Shown here piece after piece: positions 34,968 through 38,869 of a DNA stretch of 38,869 bases. A program made the translations under genes and the position numbers. A model generated the notes under the pieces. It was not told the DNA's origin. It saw only the letters and a program-made list of their open reading frames with translations, and searched no databases. Origin of the DNA: an uncultured Spirochaetaceae bacterium (GTDB taxonomy: Bacteria > Spirochaetota > Spirochaetia > Sphaerochaetales > Sphaerochaetaceae). Position 1 is the stretch's first letter. Each line of letters begins with the position of its first letter. The stretch covers positions 1 through 38,869 of the forward strand of contig CAZGNN010000001.1 of NCBI GenBank assembly GCA_964527335.1, written 5' to 3'.

Positions 34968-35032
34968 AAAAAACGGAGAGAAAAGGAAAAGAATGAAAAA
35001 ATCCTGAAAAATTCCGGAAAAAGTGAAAAAAA
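34968..35032. repeat. array of seven same-strand A4-A7 tracts (GAAAA(A) units) in roughly helical phase
   Basis: A-tracts lie at 34968-73, 34981-84, 34987-90, 34996-35001, 35007-11, 35018-22 and 35026-32. Starts are spaced 13, 6, 9, 11, 11 and 8 bp. TGAAAAA recurs at 34995, 35006 and 35025. The array sits in the 235-bp divergent spacer between tig and the sigma gene. Confidence 0.6.
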
Positions 35033-35096
35033 CGGGGCACTAGGTCACTATTTGTCCTACTCTGGCTGTCATAATGCTCTCAGGAAGGACGAAATC

Positions 35097-35843
35097 ATGA
35101 CGAACATTGAAATAATCAGCAAGGCAGAGGAAGGAAAGTACGACAGGAGAGCGGCATCACGCTTCATCCGCGATATGGAGCCGTTCATACGCTCGGTGTG
35201 CTCACGCTTCTGTTCATCCGAGAGGTTTCTCCCGTTCCGTGACGACATATTCGTCGCGGCGGAGGAGGGTATGTACAAGGCGATGCTGAACTTCGACTTC
35301 TCGAAGAAGGGATTCCTGAGTTATGCGAAGAAGTCAATCGAGATGGAGGTAAGGCTCTTTCTGAGTAACGAGACACGTACCGTGAGACTCCCGAGGTATG
35401 TCATATCCGCACAGAAGCTCATCTCTGACTACAGACGGGAAAACGGGAACGGCGATAATTGCGGCGCAATGAAGGCAGCCGGCATAACGAGCGGAAAGAC
35501 ATTCCGCCTCATCGAGAATGCACGTTCGTTCGACACTGTCTCCTCTCTCGACTATGAAATAAACGAGAAGGGAACAGTGCTTGGCTCTCTCATAGCTGAC
35601 GGGACAAGCGTCGACGACGAGATTCTTCTCTCCGAAGCGGAGTCGGAGCTGAGGCGCTCCCTTCTCGCCCTGTCCGAGTCCGAGAGATATATCATAATCC
35701 ATTCCTTCGGCCTTGACGGCGGAAAGAGGAAGAAGAACAGCGAGATGGCAACGGAACTCGGCATAACGAAGGCGACTGTCATCGCAAGGAGGAAGAGGGC
35801 GCTTTCGCTCCTCAAGACAGAGCTTCTTCCTTTGGTGACATAG
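35097..35843 (+). CDS. sigma-70 family sigma factor, group-3-like (regions 2, 3 and 4 present)
   Basis: From ATG 35097 (AGGAAGGA upstream), 248 aa. Region 2: FVAAEEGMYKAMLNFDFSKKGFLSYAKKSIEMEVRLFL. A VRLPRYV element follows. Region 4: ERYIIIHSFGL...SEMATELGITKATVIARRKRALSLLK. The track start at 34878 translates the A-tract array and is rejected. Confidence 0.8.
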   Translation: MTNIEIISKAEEGKYDRRAASRFIRDMEPFIRSVCSRFCSSERFLPFRDDIFVAAEEGMYKAMLNFDFSKKGFLSYAKKSIEMEVRLFLSNETRTVRLPRYVISAQKLISDYRRENGNGDNCGAMKAAGITSGKTFRLIENARSFDTVSSLDYEINEKGTVLGSLIADGTSVDDEILLSEAESELRRSLLALSESERYIIIHSFGLDGGKRKKNSEMATELGITKATVIARRKRALSLLKTELLPLVT

Positions 35844-35869
35844 CTTCCGTTTCGGATTATGATGAAAGA

Positions 35870-36559
35870 GTGAAAAAAAGAAGTGTCTTCCTTATCTTAT
35901 TATCTCTTTTCATTCTCTCTTCCTGCCGGACCGTTTCCCCCGGTGATGGGACACAGACCGGCGACAGGGAAAAAAGCGCCGTACTGACGCTTGTGGAAGA
36001 CACTCTCTCATCCGTCGGAGAGGAGTGCGTCACATCCGGCGACTTCGAGTCTGCACTTCCTCTTTCCTACACGGCATATGAGGATTATATCCCGTCATAC
36101 GACGAGATAGAGGAGAAGTACCTCTCCTCTGTTGCCTCCATCGTCAACGAAGAGATAACCGGACTTTTCTCTTTTGCCATTCTCTCTGCCGCCGACACAG
36201 TTGCAGACAACCCTTCTCCGTACCTGGCCGGTGAGAGCATCATCAGTGCACTCAGAAAGGCGACTGAGGAGAGCCTTACCGCGGCACTTACTTCCTCTCT
36301 GGAGGAAAGAGAAGACGAACTCGACTCTTCGTTCACCGAGAGCCGGGAGGCATTCGGAAGAGTGAAGAAGGCATACAGTGCACTCTCCGCTGTCTCGAAG
36401 GGCATCTATCTTCCCACAGCCAGGGCTCTTGACATAAAGAGTATAGTATCTGTGTCGGTAGACAGGTACTTCTTTCTTCTCTCGGAGGAGGAGAGTGCTC
36501 TCAGGACCAATCCCCTCTACGGGGAGAGGAGCCTCTATCTCGAGGAGAAGGAAATATGA
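35870..36559 (+). CDS. lipoprotein, DUF4197-like
   Basis: GTG start. MKKRSVFLILLSLFILSSC carries a lipobox (LSSC). The C-terminal VDRYFFLLSEEESALRTNPLY resembles the conserved GLF..la.EE..IR.nP block of DUF4197, recalled from memory. About 229 aa, typical of that family. Confidence 0.55.
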   Translation: MKKRSVFLILLSLFILSSCRTVSPGDGTQTGDREKSAVLTLVEDTLSSVGEECVTSGDFESALPLSYTAYEDYIPSYDEIEEKYLSSVASIVNEEITGLFSFAILSAADTVADNPSPYLAGESIISALRKATEESLTAALTSSLEEREDELDSSFTESREAFGRVKKAYSALSAVSKGIYLPTARALDIKSIVSVSVDRYFFLLSEEESALRTNPLYGERSLYLEEKEI

Positions 36560-38760
36560 GCGACCTATTTTCATCAGCTCCCGTAACACAGGAGCCCCTT
36601 GCATCCCGCATGAGGCCGCGTAACCTCTCGGAGTATATAGGACAGGACCACATACTCGGGCCGGGGAGACTCCTCAGGCGTGCCATCCAGATGGACCAGC
36701 TTTCGTCAATCATATTCTACGGTCCTCCGGGGGTGGGTAAGACAACGCTTGCGCGCGTGATTGCGAATACAACGAAGAGTCATTTCTCGACGCTCAATGC
36801 CGTACTTTCCGGCGTCAAGGAGCTCAGGGACGAGATAGCCGAGGCCAGAAGCCGGCGTGACCACTACGGGATGAGAACCATCCTCTTCATCGACGAAGTC
36901 CACAGATGGAACAAGAGCCAGCAGGATGCACTCCTGCCGTGGGTCGAGAACGGGACGTTCATCCTCATCGGAGCGACGACGGAGAACCCGTTCTTCGAAG
37001 TCAACAGGGCTCTCGTGTCACGCTCGAGGGTGTTCCAGCTGAAACCTCTCGAGGAAGAGGACCTCAGAAAGATAGCCGAGCAGGCCATAAACGACAGGGA
37101 GCGCGGCTACGGCAAGTATAAGGTGACATTCGAGGAAGGTGCCCTCGAACATCTTGTATCTGTTGCATCGGGAGACGCGAGAAGTCTCCTCAATGCACTC
37201 GAACTTGCAGTCGAGACAACACCCGAGCACTATCCTCCCGAAGAAGGGAGCGAGATATACATATCGAAGGAATGCGCGGAGGAGTCCATACAGAAGAAGG
37301 TGGTCCTCTACGACAAGGAAGGGGATTACCACTTCGATGTAATTTCGGCGTTCATCAAGTCCCTCAGGGGTTCCGACCCCGACGCCTCCCTCTACTGGCT
37401 GAGCCGGATGGTGGCCGCAGGAGAGGATCCGAGGTTCATATTCCGCCGCATGCTCATAAGCGCCACGGAGGATGTCGGGCTTGCCGACCCGAACGCAATA
37501 GTCGTCGTCGAAGCAGATGCCGCCGCATTCGACAGAATCGGACTTCCCGAGGGACGCTTCCATCTCGCACACGCCGCACTGTATCTCGCAACGTGTCCCA
37601 AGAGCAACTCGACACTGGGCTTCTTTGATGCCCTCAAGGAAGTCGAGGAGGAGCGGAGCCGGGAGGTTCCGAACCATCTCAGGGATGACTCGAGGGACGC
37701 AGTGGCATTCGGCCACGGGGAAGGTTACCTCTATCCTCATTCATATACGGGACACTGGGTTGCCCAGCAGTATCTTCCGTCGGGACTCCAGGGCCGTGTC
37801 TACTACAAACCCGGCTCTCTCGGCTACGAAGGCAGAATCAGGGACGACGTCTACAGACGCCGCGAAGCGCAGCTTGAAGCCTCGAGTGACGATTTCTTCC
37901 TCGAGAACTACACATACTCCCCAGACAGCTCGAAGAGGGACAGGTGGATCAAGCGCTCTCTCTCCGGACGCCCCGAAGCTCTACTGAGACTTACGGACAG
38001 GCTCTACGAGGGCCTTGACCTCAGGCGCCACGAGAACGTCCTTGTTCTCAATGCCTCGAACGGACTCCTGCTCTATCCTCTCATGAGGAAGAACCCGGAG
38101 GGATTGAGTGTCGCACAGGTTGAAAGGGAGAGAGAGAAAGAGGTGATCGAGCACTTCTCGCACGAGATGGACGAAATCCTGAGACCCCGTGTCATCGTCG
38201 CCGGTGCGGAAGGTGTCTTCGGCGCCCTCGAGGAGGGAATGCTCTTCGGCGCCGTCAGCGGCCGCAACGTGCTCTCCCGCCTCTATGAGAACAGGCGCGT
38301 TCTTCCCGAGATAAAGTCACACCTCGAGAAGGACGGGGAGTGCAGACTCCTCGAGACCATCCCGTCGTTCTCCTCGCGTCTTTCCGACTATGCCGAAGGG
38401 GAACTTAAAGAAAAACTGAGGAAAGCCGAAGAGAAAATATATTCAAAGGACAATCCTCTCTTCTCCTGGGGACTGGAGGACCTTGAAAGGGAAGTGAGAG
38501 CCGTCTTCCCCGATGCCACGGTGGAGACAGAGGAACTCGAGGAGGAGAGACACATATCGAAGGAGAATGCCGAGGCCTGGTATGATGCCTCGTACTCGAA
38601 GTACGGCCTCGAAAGGGAGTCATTCCTCTCTTCCTTCTCCAACAGAAGCGTGAAGTGGAAGACCACGGTCGCACTCGTGAGAAGCAATACGCGCACACTC
38701 AAAGCGGCCGAGGGAAATCAGCACAGGGAAGTGGAGAAACTCACCGGAAAAGAAAAATAA
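36556..38760 (+). CDS. rarA: replication-associated recombination protein A (RarA/MgsA AAA+ ATPase) with a ~294-aa C-terminal extension
   Basis: ATGA overlap with the lipoprotein stop. Walker A GPPGVGKTT, Walker B ILFIDEVHRWNK, and MgsA_C-type YDKEGDYHFDVISAFIKSLRGSDPDASLYWL..EDVGLADP. The recognisable RarA portion ends near residue 440 (VYYKPGSLGYEGRIRDDVYRRRE), but the ORF continues to residue 734. Confidence 0.9.
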   Translation: MSDLFSSAPVTQEPLASRMRPRNLSEYIGQDHILGPGRLLRRAIQMDQLSSIIFYGPPGVGKTTLARVIANTTKSHFSTLNAVLSGVKELRDEIAEARSRRDHYGMRTILFIDEVHRWNKSQQDALLPWVENGTFILIGATTENPFFEVNRALVSRSRVFQLKPLEEEDLRKIAEQAINDRERGYGKYKVTFEEGALEHLVSVASGDARSLLNALELAVETTPEHYPPEEGSEIYISKECAEESIQKKVVLYDKEGDYHFDVISAFIKSLRGSDPDASLYWLSRMVAAGEDPRFIFRRMLISATEDVGLADPNAIVVVEADAAAFDRIGLPEGRFHLAHAALYLATCPKSNSTLGFFDALKEVEEERSREVPNHLRDDSRDAVAFGHGEGYLYPHSYTGHWVAQQYLPSGLQGRVYYKPGSLGYEGRIRDDVYRRREAQLEASSDDFFLENYTYSPDSSKRDRWIKRSLSGRPEALLRLTDRLYEGLDLRRHENVLVLNASNGLLLYPLMRKNPEGLSVAQVEREREKEVIEHFSHEMDEILRPRVIVAGAEGVFGALEEGMLFGAVSGRNVLSRLYENRRVLPEIKSHLEKDGECRLLETIPSFSSRLSDYAEGELKEKLRKAEEKIYSKDNPLFSWGLEDLEREVRAVFPDATVETEELEEERHISKENAEAWYDASYSKYGLERESFLSSFSNRSVKWKTTVALVRSNTRTLKAAEGNQHREVEKLTGKEK

Positions 38761-38779
38761 AGTTTTTTCATTTTCCTTG

Positions 38780-38808
38780 TTGACATAAAAACGGCGTTTC
38801 TTTATAGT
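38780..38808 (+). promoter_or_regulatory. sigma-70 promoter
   Basis: Perfect TTGACA (38780-38785), a 17-nt spacer, then TATAGT (38803-38808). It lies 20 nt past the rarA stop. Confidence 0.55.
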
Positions 38809-38854
38809 CTCTTCTGTTGAAATTGCAATGGCGAACGCATTGCTACCAAAACAT

Positions 38855-38869
38855 GGTGGAAGTAGTTCA
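38855..38869 (+). tRNA. possible 5' end of a tRNA gene, truncated by the window edge
   Basis: gGTGGAAG-TA-GTTC-A fits a 7-nt acceptor strand, U8, A9, a 4-nt D-stem strand and A14. GUAGUUCA is the D-arm start seen in tRNA-Asp-type genes. A G preceding a GUGG acceptor start recalls the encoded G-1 of tRNA-His. Only 14-15 nt are visible, so the identity and even the existence of this gene are uncertain. Confidence 0.3.

Noticed and set aside
34878-35096. Lys/Arg/Glu-rich peptide (RKKRREKEKNEKILKNSGKSEKNG) encoded upstream of the sigma gene in the same frame.
   Set aside because: It is a direct translation of the A-tract array. It has no SD or plausible start context, and the sigma domain begins cleanly at ATG 35097 with an AGGAAGGA SD.
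1-38869. Mobile elements, prophage remnants, toxin-antitoxin pairs and restriction-modification genes.
   Set aside because: I scanned all track ORFs and the spacers. No transposase, integrase or recombinase motifs, no terminal inverted repeats, and no small paired ORFs typical of TA systems were recognised.

Overview
This 38.9-kb window is gene-dense (roughly 93% coding) and looks like ordinary chromosomal core genome. The host is a ~50% GC bacterium with strong C/G-ending codon preference, AT-rich spacers, frequent GGAGGA Shine-Dalgarno sites and many 1-10 nt start/stop overlaps. I cannot assign a taxon from sequence alone. I call 35 protein genes, one of them cut by the left edge. I see no rRNA, CRISPR array, transposase, integrase or prophage hallmarks. 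A probable tRNA 5' end is cut by the right edge. From left to right the genes are: ackA (partial), a putative beta-barrel outer-membrane protein, cysS, an ECF sigma/zinc anti-sigma pair, valS, and an Hc1/histone-H1-like small protein. Next comes a minus-strand translationally coupled block of lon, a U32 peptidase-family gene, a TPR-like gene and a GT2 glycosyltransferase. Then arcC, a DUF4105/Lnb-like membrane protein, garR, recO, recJ, a short SerA-like dehydrogenase, an Lrp/AsnC regulator, a PlsB/GPAT-like acyltransferase and a lipoprotein. A second minus-strand block holds an HD dNTPase-like gene, a TtcA-like PP-loop ATPase, a secreted FecR-like protein and mutL. The window ends with pepF, rdgB, a very divergent sigma-like protein, a Pr6Pr-like membrane protein, tig-clpP-clpX, a group-3-like sigma factor, a DUF4197-like lipoprotein and an unusually long rarA. 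I do not see a clear self-contained novel system such as a defence island, toxin module or biosynthetic cluster. The best leads are: (1) rarA carries a ~294-aa C-terminal extension with a degenerate methyltransferase-like pattern; (2) a 335-aa protein has sigma region 2-like and region 4-like ends separated by a large insert; (3) two tightly coupled operons combine functionally unrelated genes; (4) a phased A-tract array lies in the tig/sigma divergent spacer. All family calls rest on motifs read by eye from the translations; no database search was run.
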